A DNA stretch of 64,000 nucleotides from Bugula neritina. Its lineage: Eukaryota > Animalia > Bryozoa. Each line of letters starts with the position of its first letter. Position 1 is the stretch's first letter. The translations under genes and the position numbers were made by a program. Under the pieces are notes generated by a model. That model was not told the DNA's origin, searched no databases, and worked only from the letters and a program-made list of their open reading frames with translations. This document shows positions 46,201-61,200 of the stretch, piece after piece. Location: assembly GCA_964035545.1 (NCBI GenBank), contig OZ037769.1, positions 2,232,001 to 2,296,000 of the forward strand. The letters are read 5' to 3'.

Positions 46201-49200
46201 GATAAACACCTCTGTATCTGTTCTTGCTTTTATTAGACGGAAGTTCAGCAACTGACATCACCGGCTGAGGCAGGTTACCAAAACTCTGAAAACTCAGACA
46301 TAATTTTACTGAAAGCATCTAGTCTTACCAATAAACTGTTGATTGGGTATTGTAATGAGATAATATGATTTGTTATAAGATGACATGATTTGTAAAGTTA
46401 ATCTGTAAAACAATATATATATGATATCGATTTTGAATACCTGAAATTGTTTCCTAATAAACGTTTCATCCTTTATGTAATCTTCAAGTTTGTCAGTAGA
46501 AATGGAGGTCATATCCACTTCTTCATAGGATGTTTTATTTTTAGCTGCTTCACTAGAGCATTCTGGGATAGTCGCATACTCTGCATCTGATTATTAGAAA
46601 ACTTTTTATCAGCTATAATAATGGCATTCAAAAATTTCATACAATCCTTTTCATTACCTTATAAGAATATTAAAATTAATTTAGTTTTATGCCCTATCAC
46701 ACAAGTTTGAATTGCATAATTTTATCCAATAATTATTTGTATAAATAAAATATTGCTGTGTAACAGAAAAGCTATATAGTTTTTTGACTTCTTTTTTTAA
46801 AACTACTCAGCAAAGTGTTTTAAGCCCGCCAACTCTATGAAAACATTAAAACATACAACAGCAATTTATTAACACACAGTTATTTGCATTTTATAGCAAC
46901 TGAGTTGTATTAAAAGGCTCATTAAAATGCCTATAAGCACACTGAATAAAATAAGTTTTATTCGGTCAAAAAGCTTTTTTCGAAAGTTCCCTTATCTCCT
47001 GGTTCCAACTTATGCTCATTTTAAAACCTGATGTAGAATTTCATGCGGAAATAAAGTTTAGTTAGATCATATTCATAGGTAAAACTTATTTCATAAAAAC
47101 AAGCAACTTGTACCAAAAAAATTTAAAAGTTGAATATTTTGTTCTAAACACAATACAGATTTATAGCTATCTAATATTATAATAGAGTAGTAGTACAATA
47201 TACCATTCATTAATTTAGATCTTTCAGAAAGTTCTAAGGCTTGGTATGCAGATGCTTCTCGAGCTTTGGTTTCAGAATTGCTTCTGAAACACAAACGCAC
47301 CAAAGTCATTTCAACTAGTGGATAAAAACGATAATCATGTTCTGTTGTCTTAAACTAGCATAATGATATTGACTATATACATAAATAGTTATATAGCTTG
47401 TAGATAAATAGGACATAGCAAAATAAACACGTTTAGAAAGCAAAATTTTATGGGCCAAACATTTAAAAAACTAATTTTAGCCAGTCAATGCATTTGCTTA
47501 ATTTAAATAGTGCCTTTGCCTAAACTGAGAAAGTTTGACGCAAGATGTTACAGTATTTTACGATTTGCATTTTTCTTGAAAGTAACGCTATATTGAACAA
47601 ACTGTGTTTTCATGAATATATACTTTATTTTTAGCTTTTTTTCAAATCTTTGCTTGAATTTATTTTTAAAATGTTAAAAATATACATGAAGAATGTTATA
47701 TTTCATAGCAAGTATACATTATTCATTTTTGATTTACCACAAGCGAGGCAGAGGTTAATTTAAATTTGTCAAACAACTATGAGTTTTAAAAACACTCAAC
47801 ATCTAAGCGATTCTAACCCATGAAGCAGCATTACCTTTTCATGAATATGCCTATCACCACGGCAACCACAACCACCAGAATGAATACTGATACTCCAACA
47901 GCTATCACGCATATCTGGTCACATGAAGGTTCTAAAATAGTGAAGAACTTAAAAAAATTTTCTTTGGAAATAAAACAAATCCAATCTAATTTTTTATTCT
48001 CACACTTTAAAAATATTTTAGAACTGACAACCAATGACTGAATCAGTTATTTTTTGTTTGATTTAGAAGCAGGCATTAATTATTTGACAGATCATAAATT
48101 TTCAATTTAGGGCATATATGATAATTTTTAAATTTTGCTGCAATGCTCTTTACTTTGCTTTATTGAAGTGCAGATCTGTATGTCAAGTACACAAATTAGA
48201 AAGACTTGGAACAGCATTCAAGTTTTTGTTTACATCTGTTTTTGTTTACTAAGACACTGAAATATATAGTTTTTGTATACATTTTAAAAGAAGTTAAGCA
48301 ATTATATGAAAGAATTGATGTACATTAGTAAGGCTTATTGTTGTTGAGTAGATCAGCAAAGCATAACAAAGTGCTGCATTTTCCTGACAGCTATATTACA
48401 CATGAAGTAGTTTTGTGGAATTGTGTGCACTTCCTGTTTGCATCACTTGCCATACTTACGCAGAAAGAAAGAGACAGGTTCCAAAAACTTGTGCAGACTT
48501 TTCCCATCCTATAATAAAATTTAGAAAAATAATTTGAATTCAACAACGAATCATATAGAACAATAATATTAATTACTGTTTGTTATTTTCTTTAATGGTT
48601 TTTTTTCTAAACGATTTAATATTGAAAAGAAAACAAGAATAATAATTTTTCCTGGCAAGTTTTTTCAAACCAGAAATGTGATATAAGATGTTCATAAATA
48701 TGACTTGTGACTTACTGGGAGCTTAACCGTGACTCCTTGATGCAGTTTGTAGTTGGAACCAGGTGCAAGGGGTTTATTGTCATAGCCACCGTAGGTTTCA
48801 CCGTCTCCAACTTCAAAGACCTGGCTGTCACCTTCGTTAAAAAATGAGTTATTGAGTTCGGCTGTTATGTAGCAGCCTGAGAGTGCGGTCAAGTCTGTTA
48901 AGTCACATCCTGAGTTTTCATCAGCTGCTCTTTTCTTGCGACTGCCATCTTGAGGAGCTTTTGGTTCAATTATTAGCAGATAAGAACTAAAACGTGAGAC
49001 AACGAAAAAACATTGTGGGTTTGATAAAAAAATTAAAAATAAATTATTGCAGGTATAAACAAATTTTTAAAATTTCTGAAAAGAGAAAACCTAATTTTCT
49101 TTTGATATCACTTATAGTCTAATTCTTTTATCTAGTCATGTAGAAAATTATTTGTCTAATAATAGCCTAAGCAAGAAACTAAGGACACAAAACAAGTATC

Positions 49201-52200
49201 GCCTATAAAATATTTTTTTAATTTCCTGTGTAGTATATTGATGCATGCAATTTTTAGTCCCATCAAGCTATTCATGTTTGCAGGATGATTCATAAAACAG
49301 TGTAATACCTCGCCTCCTTGCTTCCTATATTGACTTTATGTAAGGTGACTGATACAGTTTTTCCAAAGTTCCTTTTACCAGGTAGCTCAGCCAGTGTGGA
49401 ACTGCTCACTGGAGTTATTAATAGAAGTAATCAGATGCATTCAAGTGTATAAAACTTATAGAATGTTGTGTATTTCTAACAAGCTTGTGACTCCATATAC
49501 AATTTTATAAACTTGAGTTTTTCTTACAAAAATTCACAGCTGTGTGAGGTTTTGCCTTCTTTTGGAAGTAAAACATATTAACCAAATAAATTCTCCAAAT
49601 GATCAAATTATGGAGTAACAAGTCACACACTTAGAGAGCTTAAACCAAGTATTTTCCTTTTCAAGTAGCTAGAAACTTTAAAATATTACTCTGCATCAAC
49701 GGATTGCATTTGCCAACTGAACTTAACATTATGCAATAAGAAACCTGGGCGCTAAGTAAATAAATATTATATTTCTATGTAAGTTTTAATTATTTTTATA
49801 TTGTACGGGAATGAAAGAATATACTAACTGGCTATTTCAGTATAACCAATCTTTGTTGTAACAGGACTATCCCCTGCACTGTTTGCAGCTGTAGCACTGC
49901 ACACTATTTTCTCAGCTGATGGAAACCCACACATGGTTATAGACTGTTCATCTGAATTCTCAGTTTGATACTCCCTTACTGTTGTATTGGCATAGCCACA
50001 ATTATACTATAACAGAAAGCAGACTCATAACATTAATTATTAATTCAATGTGAAGTTATTTTACGGAAACACATTTCAGGCATGTTATTCATGATAAAAT
50101 GTTTGAAAAGGTAGGTTTAACAGTAACTGCAGCACTAATATGTTCATAGAATTAAGAATTTGGCCTCTCAAAAATATTGTTTACTCAATTTGACAGGAAG
50201 AACAATCAGGAACAATCACTTTCTTGTACACAGCAGGAAACTCACAGCATGTGATTAGTTATATATGCAGATAATATTTTATATGTATGCAGATACTATT
50301 ATATATGTATATGCAGATAATGGTAAGCTATATATTCACATACCGAGTAGGAGAGGATAACACCATTTGGCTCCATAGGACTTTGAAGTGACAGAGTAAC
50401 ACAGGAGGAGTTGACTTCCATAGACAGTCCTGGCCCGTCATATGGAGCTTATATACATAACAAATTGATTGAGCATTAAAAAATCAACATAACTAGTTTT
50501 TGTATAGTGATCATTCAAAAAAAATTTCTGTGAAACTTTTGTTGATTAAAAAAGATAGTTGTTTAAATATTTATCTTGCTAGGTATGATGTTCAGAACAT
50601 ACAGCAGTCATGCAGGTAGTTAGCAATTTGCTGTTGAAGATTATATAAAACTCGTAATTAGGTATTAATCTTTTTGCCTTGAATTTAAACATTGGTTTTG
50701 ACAACAGACTGCATTAACTGAATCATATGATAGGCTTTATTTTCATACATCAACTTTTATCATAGGTTTGATTTTTAAAATCATCCACAATCAGATATAT
50801 CATCACGCATGAACAGACCTACAGTAGTTACACAATGGAAATACTGTAGTTTGATACAAAAGAATAACAGTGGTATAAAAGTAGTAATTCAATAGTAATA
50901 CAATAGTAATACAGTAGTAATACAGTAGTAATTTACAATAGTGGTACAATAGTAAGACAGTAGTAATACAGTAGTATTACAATAGTAATATTACAGTAGT
51001 AATGCAGTAATAATACAGTAGTAATACAGTAGTAATACAATAGTAATACAGTAGTAATACAATAGTAATACAGTAGTAATACAGTAGTAATTTACAATAG
51101 TGGTACAATAGTAATACAGTAGTAATTTACAATAGTAATACAGTAGTAATACAGTAGTATTACAATAGTAATATTACAGTAGTAATACAGTAATAATACA
51201 GTAGTAATACAGTAGTAATACAATAGTAATACAGTAGTAATACAGTAGTATTACAATAGTAATACAGTAGTAATACAGTAGCAATACAATAGTAATACAG
51301 TAGTAATACATTAGTAATACAGTAGTAATATAGTAGTATTACAATAGTAATATAGTAGTAATACAGTAGTAATACATTAGTAATACAATAGTAATACAGT
51401 AGTAATACAATAGTAATCCAGTAGTAATACAGTAGTGATACAGTAGTAATGCAGTAGTAATACATTAGTAATACAGTAGTAATACAGTAGCAATACAATA
51501 GTAATACAGTAGTAATACATTAGTAATACAGTAGTAATATAGTAGTAATACAGTAGTAATACATTAGTAATACAATAGTAATACAGTAGTAATACAATAG
51601 TAATCCAGTAGTAATACAGTAGTGATACAGTAGTAATAAAGTGGTAATACAGTAGTAATACAATAGTAATACAGTAGTAATACAGTAGTAGTACAATATT
51701 AATACAGCAATAATACAGTAGTAATACAGTAGTAATACAGTAGTAATACAGTGGTAATATAGTAGTAATGCAGTAGTAATACAGTAGTAATACGATAGTA
51801 ATATAGTAGTAATACAATAGCCCTAGACTCACCTAATTCAGGTGTAAGAATATACTGAGGTTTATGAATAGACTGGTTTTGCAAATTGTTGACAGCTACC
51901 AGTATAATAGTGTAGTTAGTGTATGGATCTAAGTCTTCTAGAACTTTTTCCCTCTTCCCTCCTTCCTCCTTCAGATATTGGTCATGAGACAGAGTTTTCT
52001 CCCCATGCTTCACAGTTAGATTGTAGTACAATATACTGTCACAAGCAGGTTCAGCTTCCTGTATTAATATATGCACAGATAGTCTTAGAAAATGTTTAGT
52101 ATCTAGTGTGAATAAAGACTAGCATATAGTTTTCTACACAATCATGTTCTATTACAATTACACTAGCCACCTCAAGGTTAAAAGTTCAACTCATTATTGA

Positions 52201-55200
52201 CAGCAGAAAAGACTCATTTTAGTATATTCACTAAAAGTAGATTCTTTTAGACTGACTGTTAGCATGCTACTGAAGTATTGTTATTCAACATGAGAGTGTT
52301 GCAATTAAAAAAACTCACTTGAATAAAACTGAAAACAAAAACAGAAACTGTACATGCAAAGTATAAATTTGTCTTTATATTTTGAGCCAATATAATTGCA
52401 TTCGGTAAAAAACAAACTGTATAAAGCAGGCAGGCTTTGATTTTGCATTATCATAAAGAAATTTTAGAAAACATATATTTTCAAACGAATTACATTTGAA
52501 ACTATTCAAGTGAGAACAATTTTTCGTTATTTATTTCGGTAACTAACATTAATATAAAGCTTAAGAATCAACGAAAAAATATCAGAAACTTTATTTTACC
52601 AGTTTTTAGAATAACCGACCCCATAATAAAAATGTGTAGATATCTAATTCTAGCTATGAATAAGGATTATGGTAAGCAAGCAAACACTGGTACTGTTGTT
52701 TATATATACTACACAACTTTATAGATCATCTCTCTTCTTAACTTTACTAAATCTTACAAATTGATTCTTACCTCCCATGTCAAAGCCATTATATGTTTTG
52801 GTTTTGTTAGCTCTTGAGTTACGTATGATGTCTGAACCTCAGGGATAATTGGCACTAAAAACATAGAGTATTTCATGTGTCTAACATGTTAAAAGGTCAA
52901 ATCTCATTATTATCTATCATCCACACAACAAAATAAAATGCACACACAGAGCACACACCAAAGAATGCACACACACACACACACACACACACGCAGCACA
53001 CGCAGCACACGCAGCACACGCAGCACACGCAGCACACGCAGCACACGCAGCACACGCAGCACACGCAGCACACGCAGCACACGCAGCACACGCAGCACAC
53101 GCAGCACACGCAGCACACGCAGCACACGCAGCACACGCAGCACACGCAGCACACGCAGAACATAATGAAATTCTATGTTTATTAATTTTCTTAATTAATT
53201 TTGGTTTTGACGAAAGCTGAAAGTTTCACGAGAACATGACCTAATTTCTTGCATTAAAATTTTAGAGCTAGAACGCAGCCTTTTCCTGATTTTTCTATTA
53301 CTGCCAAATGTATATATACCACCTTTTTCATAACTGTTATAGTTCAATATTACGTTCATGTTTCATGCAGACAGACTTACATCCACAAGTTACTTTGATG
53401 TCTCCTGTAGCCGACGGTCCAAAACCGGCACTTGTCCCTGCTGCAATTTCATACGTAACCAGATCACCAAAATTAAACCCACAGGCTGTGAAATTGTTTA
53501 TTCGTGGAGGCTGGCTCAGTTCTTTCCAACTGGGCACACTTTGATCTTCCTTGTAATACCTATGCTAAAAAAGTAAATTATTATGCCATGAATGGAATCT
53601 AAAAATAGGGCTGGTTTTTATATTTAACCAAGTAAATAGATATTAAGTTTAATTTAGACTTCTGCAAAAAAACATTAGGCTACTTCAAATATTTACAGAT
53701 CCAAATCGATTTTTTATGAGCAACTAGTTAGCTGTATAATATATTACTGCAGTGCTCAACAAAAAATGCTTATACAATATTGAAGCTATAACACAACTTA
53801 AAATAAGGTTTCCGAACCATATCATTAGACAACATATTAACGAAGAGAAAATTTTCTACTCAGCTTGAATTTACTAATTAGCTGTCTATTATTATTTACA
53901 AACTATTCACAATAGAGAGCTTACAATATCTGATGTAAGAGTCAGTTTACCCTGTACTTAGTAATGACTCCATTTGGTTGGTTTGGTTCTTTCCACTCCA
54001 GATATACACATGACGTATTATAAGAAGTACTTTTCACTATCACAGGAGCATCATAAGGTTCTACAACAATATGTTGGTGAAGAGATCTTTTATTTATACA
54101 AACTTTACTCTAAGTATGTCTATTCATATACTTTTACCACAAACTATTTAGTTTATAGCTTTCGCTTTCAAGAATTGTTTAAAACTTTAGTATAGAGCAG
54201 ATAGAATAGTACAATGCCAAAAATTACAAGTATATACAAAAATAACTATATATTATCATATAATATATGGGTTGATCTGCGAGCAAGTTTTTAGTTGTTC
54301 ATATATCAAGTGCTTTAAGAATTAGATAATGGTAGCTTTATGCTGGAATGTGCTTTCATGATAAATCTTTAACATTTAAACTGTTTCAATCTTAACGGCT
54401 ATTACAAGAAATTTTCTAAGCATAGGTCTATGCCAACGTACTATAGAATAGCAATAAGAACATAAACTTACCTAAAGTCATGGTTCTGAAAGTGAAGGAA
54501 GCTGTAGTCTGGTTGTTTGCATTGTTTGTGATTTTTACCTCAATAGTGTAATCAGTAAAAGGGAGTAGATTTAGTATGTATTGTGTACTCAGTATATATT
54601 CTCTATCCTCTTTCAGCTTGTACTTTATATTTGATATACTTTGGCAGTTTGCAACTATGTCCTAAAAATGTATGGAATAAATTGTTTATTGGCTATATGT
54701 TTATTGAAATATATTATAACCCATGAAACTATAATTATTATTTTCTAACTTCTATGCATATCTTTAAAAAGTTTAGATGTTTCAGATTCAAAAGTTTCTA
54801 CTTGTTTTATAAGAGAATTTGATAGAATGCTTGCAAAATAATATGAACTCATGCTTAACTGTAGCTCACTATATAAATAAGTTATGGCATATCTAATACT
54901 TGGTTTTAAAAAAGAACATTAAGCAAAAAGCTACTAAACTGTTGCAGATTTTTAATAAAATATAAACTTGCCATTTTGACAATTCTAATAAAAATAGCAA
55001 CTTTGTGAATAAAGGTATAATGCATAACATATCTTAGATAATTTGTAAAATTTCACTTACATTGATAAGAAGATTAAGATATATGCGAACTTTTACTTTA
55101 CTTTCACCAGCAGGAGTGTATTTATATTGACTTATATAATGTGAGAGGTCAGAGGGAAGAGATGGTGCTGTACGAATATAAATAGAAATACAATTCAGAA

Positions 55201-58200
55201 GTAAGGATATAAGCATACAAATTTATTAAAAAGGTGAATTGCCTGTGAAGATATCATCAAAGTGTAGAGAATTAAACTATAACTGCTTTAATCAAAGTTT
55301 GTACAATATATTTTAGCAAGAGAGTTAGTTTTTACTGGTTCACTTTTTGGATTAGGATGGGTATAGACATTTTTATCAATTGTATTTTTTTTGCTTTCAA
55401 ACAAACAATTGTAATGTTTCAGAATTAAAAAACCTTATATTAGATGCCTTAAAAAACACAAATAATTTGAATTTTTTGCATATAAAATTGATGGACACTG
55501 CTCAATCATACTTATATTTATTTTAAATCAAATTTACATTATGTTACATTATTTTGTAAGAGCATTAGGAAAAAAAATGAAGAGTAATATAATATTATAT
55601 TTTTAAAATATCTATGATGAACTTTAGACTCCCTCTTATGCATTTTGTAAAGTTATTTTATATGTCTATATAAATTAAATGCATATTTTTCAAGAATGTG
55701 ACCCTATGGTTATATTATAGTTTTGTTTCACATGCTGGTTCAACAAGATAATGAGAAGCTATGCTACTCACCTGCACACTGTGTCCTTACACTGACTGCT
55801 CTAGCTGTTTGACTATGCTGTGCTCCTGGAGTGTTAGACACTCGTGTAGCTCTGATGTCACATGACACTAGTTGGTACGGGCTGTATCCACAGGATTTGC
55901 TATTAGAAGGTATGTCATGCCAATCTCTGTTCTCACAACTCATCTATAATATAGCAACTTTAAATGTTTTTTTCGCTTCAAATATTATAAAAAAAAATAA
56001 GACATGCTTCTAATTCATCAATCAACAATTTGACATATTAAACTACTATTTGACGTAATTTAATAGAATGTGTTCTTTTTTTAATCATGAATTACCTGAT
56101 AAACAATCTTATTTACTGGTCCATTAGGATACTCTACAGGATCATAACTTAGACTAACACAGTATGGAGATGCAGCTGTTACTTTAAAGTTTCTTGGTGC
56201 TACTTGAGGAGCTGAAGATAGAAAAAAATATGTTTTTCTATCAAAATGATTCCAATATACTTTGTAGGTAGCCTTATGTCTTGTAAATAGTTGAAGAATG
56301 GCATAGAATATCTTTAACTAGCAGAATAAAGAACTTAAATCTATTGAGTGTTTCAACATAATCTAAGTTCTTTGCTTAAACTTTGTATATAGTAGGTCAA
56401 TAATGAAACTTAGCAGCTATATGGGACTGTTATTTATGAACTTTTGATTAAGAATATAAAATACAGCTATATGTGACCGTAATATAACGTGAAAAAAGAA
56501 CTAATTTCATTGTTACTGATATAAACAGTATATTATTATTGCAAAATGCATGTTTTTATATAATGGGATGCCAATTATAGCTGTTTTTTAAAGACATGTG
56601 TATATTGCAAGATTTAACCTGATTGTCACTTTGCTAAACTAGATATTTAGTTTATTTAAATAAAATTTGATGAAGAGTTTTTTTAAATTCACATTGAATA
56701 AGTTTCAGAACATACCTAAGCCAATAGGTGTTTGGGTGGTATTAGATGCATATGCAAAGTAATTATTGTGCCCTTTTAAGAAGAGAGCTATTCTTAGACT
56801 GACATCTCCGTCAGCATACAGCTTGTAACTTGTGTCTTGTGAACCTGTTAGCTTGTATTCTCTATTAACTAAGAGAGTATATCTTATGTTGGTTCTATCA
56901 CATTGATATGTTGGTAAAATCTAAAGTATGAATACAACCACAGATGTTTAACTATATTTATCTCAGTATAAAATACACATGTAAGATTAAATAACTTATA
57001 GGATACATTTGACATTGATACGTGTTATGTGCAGACTTCAAATGCATTTCGTAGGTCATAAATATTGGCATAAGAAATTATAATACATAATAATTTCCTA
57101 AATAGTAGCTTCCAAATCATATGCAGACAGAAAAGTTTTATTTGGCAACTATAATAAAGATGCATCATAGTAGAAAAGTATCTAGTACATTTACCTGCCA
57201 TGAAACTGTATACTCCCATCTGTTTCTACCCAAGTTGGTTGTGGATCTTGGTGAACCAATCAAAAGACTTGAGCTGTTTAATGGTGCTGTAATGTTATAA
57301 AACTCAAATTTAATTTTTTTTTTCTCGTATTTAATATTTCTTTTGCAAATTGAAATATAAAATATCAGATTATTATTCTAAACAACTATCTAACTTACCT
57401 GTACAAGTGGTAGTGCTGCTTGTAGCTGTATCACTGTTTTGGTTCCCTGCAGAGTTACTCTCTCTTCTTGCTCTAATCACACAGTTCACCGGAGTGTTTG
57501 GTGTAAACCTACAGACCTCTTTAGTAACTGGTATGTTCTCCCAACCACCAGAGTTGCAGTTGTACTAAAACCAAGTTATATCTGTTTATTTATACCTTGA
57601 AATATATTATATTCTTGTAAAATGAATAAATATTGGGGCAGCTTATAATGCAGTAATTACCAGTAATAATTATCATTATTGGTATTAAATATATACTAGA
57701 AAATAGTGTACATTTAGTTTCATATATGTGGTCTGTTTCTTGAGCAACTATTAAAAAATAAGAAACTAATAAAAATATTATTTAAGTTTTTAATGTATTA
57801 CTATTATAAAATGTAAGATATAAAAATATATTACATAAACACTTGTACACTCCAGCAATTACATGAATAATTAAAGTTGCTATATTTTTTTATTTTTCTT
57901 TTTATAAACTTTTCTAGAATAACTTAAAAGGTCTATTGTTTTGCTAAAAAAGTATGGGGTGCTTTAGTTTATTTGTATAGATGATTTGATATAAGATAGT
58001 GTGGTGTTGTGATCCCCCAGTGTTCTCCCTATATATATAGTGTAATTGTTAGTCATAGAGGTTCGATTCCATGGGGCAGTTATTTTATAATATCATACTA
58101 TACAGTTATAAATAATTATAATGTCTATCTATAGTTTTCTGAGAATTCAAAAAATACCATTTAGCATAGAGTTTTAGAGCAGACAAGAAATTGGCACTGT

Positions 58201-61200
58201 CAAGCAAATTAATGTATAGAAATATTTTTTCATTGCAGGCAAAACTTTGTTTAGCTTTGAATCATTGTGAGCTTAGCTAAAGACAACTAGAAAGTTTCCA
58301 ATTTGTTGTTAATTTAGAGAACAGTAGTTATTCACAATATCTATAATTTTTAAAGTAAACTTTAGTTAAAATAAAACTATAGGGCAAAATTTGTATAGTA
58401 TAATTACAATAATTATATCAGAGTAACTAGATAACAGCTGAAAATACAGTCATAGCTGAAACAAGGCTGGAGTTCAAAGTGAGTAAAGTACACAACCAAC
58501 TACCACCTGAGTGTTACCTGGTAAGTAAGTCCATCTGGTGGCCCGTTAGGGTATGACACATCTTCATAGCTCAACTTGACACACTCAGAAGATGCAGCTG
58601 TTAGCTGGAAGTTTTCTGGTGCTGTTTGGGGAGCTGGAAATGCAAAAATGATGAATATTCTAAATATAAGATAGCAATATCATGAGTGTATATTTTAAAT
58701 ATAAATATATTGGTTTTGCTGACTCAAAATTTGTGGCCTGCAAAACTCTTTCTCTTCTATAAAAAATGAGACACAAACAAACAAATTAATTTTTGTTGGG
58801 AGTCTAAGATATTATTAAAAACAATTTTAGAATATCTAAATGCATATTTCATTTAAAGTGAAATAATTAAAATGTATAATAAGAACATAAAACGATAGCT
58901 GCATTTATTTCTGGTGATAAATTTATTATGTTGTAATTTATACATATATTTTTAGTTATTTTCAAGCTAAATAACTTTATTTTTTATTAATCTCAATGCT
59001 GTTATGCATTTTTTTATTTGTATGTTTTATCTCAGGTAGTTTAATAAACATAGTTTATTTATTAGTTACTTTATGACTTCTAACAAATTAGCAGGCCTGA
59101 CATATCCCATTTTAGTAACCGCATAGAAATGCAGTAAATAGCAAAAAAACCAAAGTTATAAAGATGAGTGTTTTGATTGTGAAAATATGTTTAGGTGCCG
59201 TATGTGCAATATGTAAAAGTAGAGTTGGCACAAAAAACACTAATTTATATGTTATACTTTTGTAATTGCCGTTGTAATGCTGAAACTTGAAACAAAACAA
59301 CTCTGCAGAATTTTGCTAAGCAAGTTAAAAAATACCAGAACTTACGTAATTCTCCATTAACCTCTATCTCTGTACTAACTGGTTCAGACAAACTAGAATC
59401 TGTGTCTCTGATTTGTACTATGACGGTAATTGTGTCCCCGATGTCTCCGTAGACAGCGTAGCTAGCTTTATCGTACCAATAACTATTTTTAGAGTCAGCA
59501 GGTGAGTCTGAGGTTGAGCTGACTTCTACTCTGTACGGGTATGAAGGACGCAGACATAATACTGGAGGTAAGACAACCTACAATAGAAACTTTAAATTAT
59601 TTAAAGATGCACAGGCTAATAGTAATAAACAAAATATCTACATTTTTGCAAATAAAATGAAAATCATTCCAAAGCATTCTTTTGTTGCAGGTTTCCTGCA
59701 TTTACCACTGCAGTCCATACAATGCAATAAAATAAGCAGTGTGACCAACAGGGGTTAATAAACTCAACTTAAACATGTAAAAATGACTAACAGAACATGC
59801 TGTGGTATTTGAACATATGTATCTACTCTCTGCATTTAGAGCCATTTATGCTGTTCTGGTTTCATAGTCATTTAAACCTAAAGGGAATTTAGTCAATCAA
59901 AGTGAACCCACAATACAGCTCATGCAGTTGTTCAAACATTTAAAACAAAAAGTAATTGCTAGCTCAAGCTCTTTAACGGCTGCATAAGGTTTGGTTGTAG
60001 GCTTGGGTTGCTTTTCTTTCAAAAGCATAAATTTATGCTGTATATATTTTGTTTATAGCACAGGATTTTTTGCTAATTTTTTCATTTACCTACTTTTTTG
60101 CCTCAATTACCAAAAAGCAGAGTAAAGATTTTTTGAACTTTGATTATTTATAAATTAGTAATTTTTTTCTCATGAGTTTTAAAACCATGTTTGAAGAAGC
60201 TTTGCAAAAGTACATTTTTACTAAAGCATCAGATACCAAATAATAAAGTATATTATTACTAAAGTGTATATCCCTGCATGCACTGTTTCTCTATTGATAA
60301 GTGAAGGCAACTAGCCTTATAGCCTTTGATGCATCAAAGCAGCCTTGCAACCAGGAAAGCAACTTACAAAATATGTAAAACCAATACCTTACTATATAAA
60401 AATGGCAGTCTGATTGGAAACTTAAACCAAAGCATTAGACTGCTCAAACTCAAACTAGCAATCACCCAGCCCATAGTTTTCTATTTTAACTCAGTTTAGG
60501 TTTAAACAATCAAGTTAAATTTTTACCACTATATAGTAATAATTAATTAATACTAATTAATTATTGCCAATTGATTGTTACTAATTAAAATATTATTATC
60601 AGTTGGTTAAATCTGATTGGTTAGTATTACTTTACCATTTTTGATCGGTTGGGACTGATTAAAGAGCTCTAATTGGTTGGTTTTCAGCATATATTCATCA
60701 ACCAGTTTCATGCTATTAATTGGTTAAAATAGCATTAGGTAATGCATAGCTTATATATTATGTAACTTATTTGTTGCACATTTAGTTATTATTACATTTA
60801 TCTTTTTTCATCAGAACTCAAAATAACTTTTTCAAAATTGTGAAACTCAAAATTTTGTTTTAATTTCCAATATAAATGAATTATACTCAAAGGCAAATTG
60901 CACATTTAAGTACAAAATTTAGGTTTCATTTCCAGGTATAGCAGGTATAATGCACTGTGAAGTATAAGATGAACCATAAATATTTTGGCTGTGACAAAAA
61001 ACTGAAAATGTAGTTATTTTCAATTGCATTAATAAAATAAAAGTATCTGAAACCTTTAAAAAGAATTGCTCTAAATTAAAAACTTACACTCCAAGTCACA
61101 GTGTACAGAAGGCGCCATCTTAAGGATTCTAAAACTTTCATCGATGAGCTAGTTGTGAATTGTATTTGAGGTGTTTTGGCAAAATCTATAAGAGAGAAAT

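Noticed and set aside
51160-51832. ORFs of 112-151 aa rich in [11 protein letters not shown]
   Set aside because: Translation of an 11-bp minisatellite inside an intron.
52897-53165. CCV/VLR/STR repeat ORFs
   Set aside because: Translation of a 9-bp tandem repeat.
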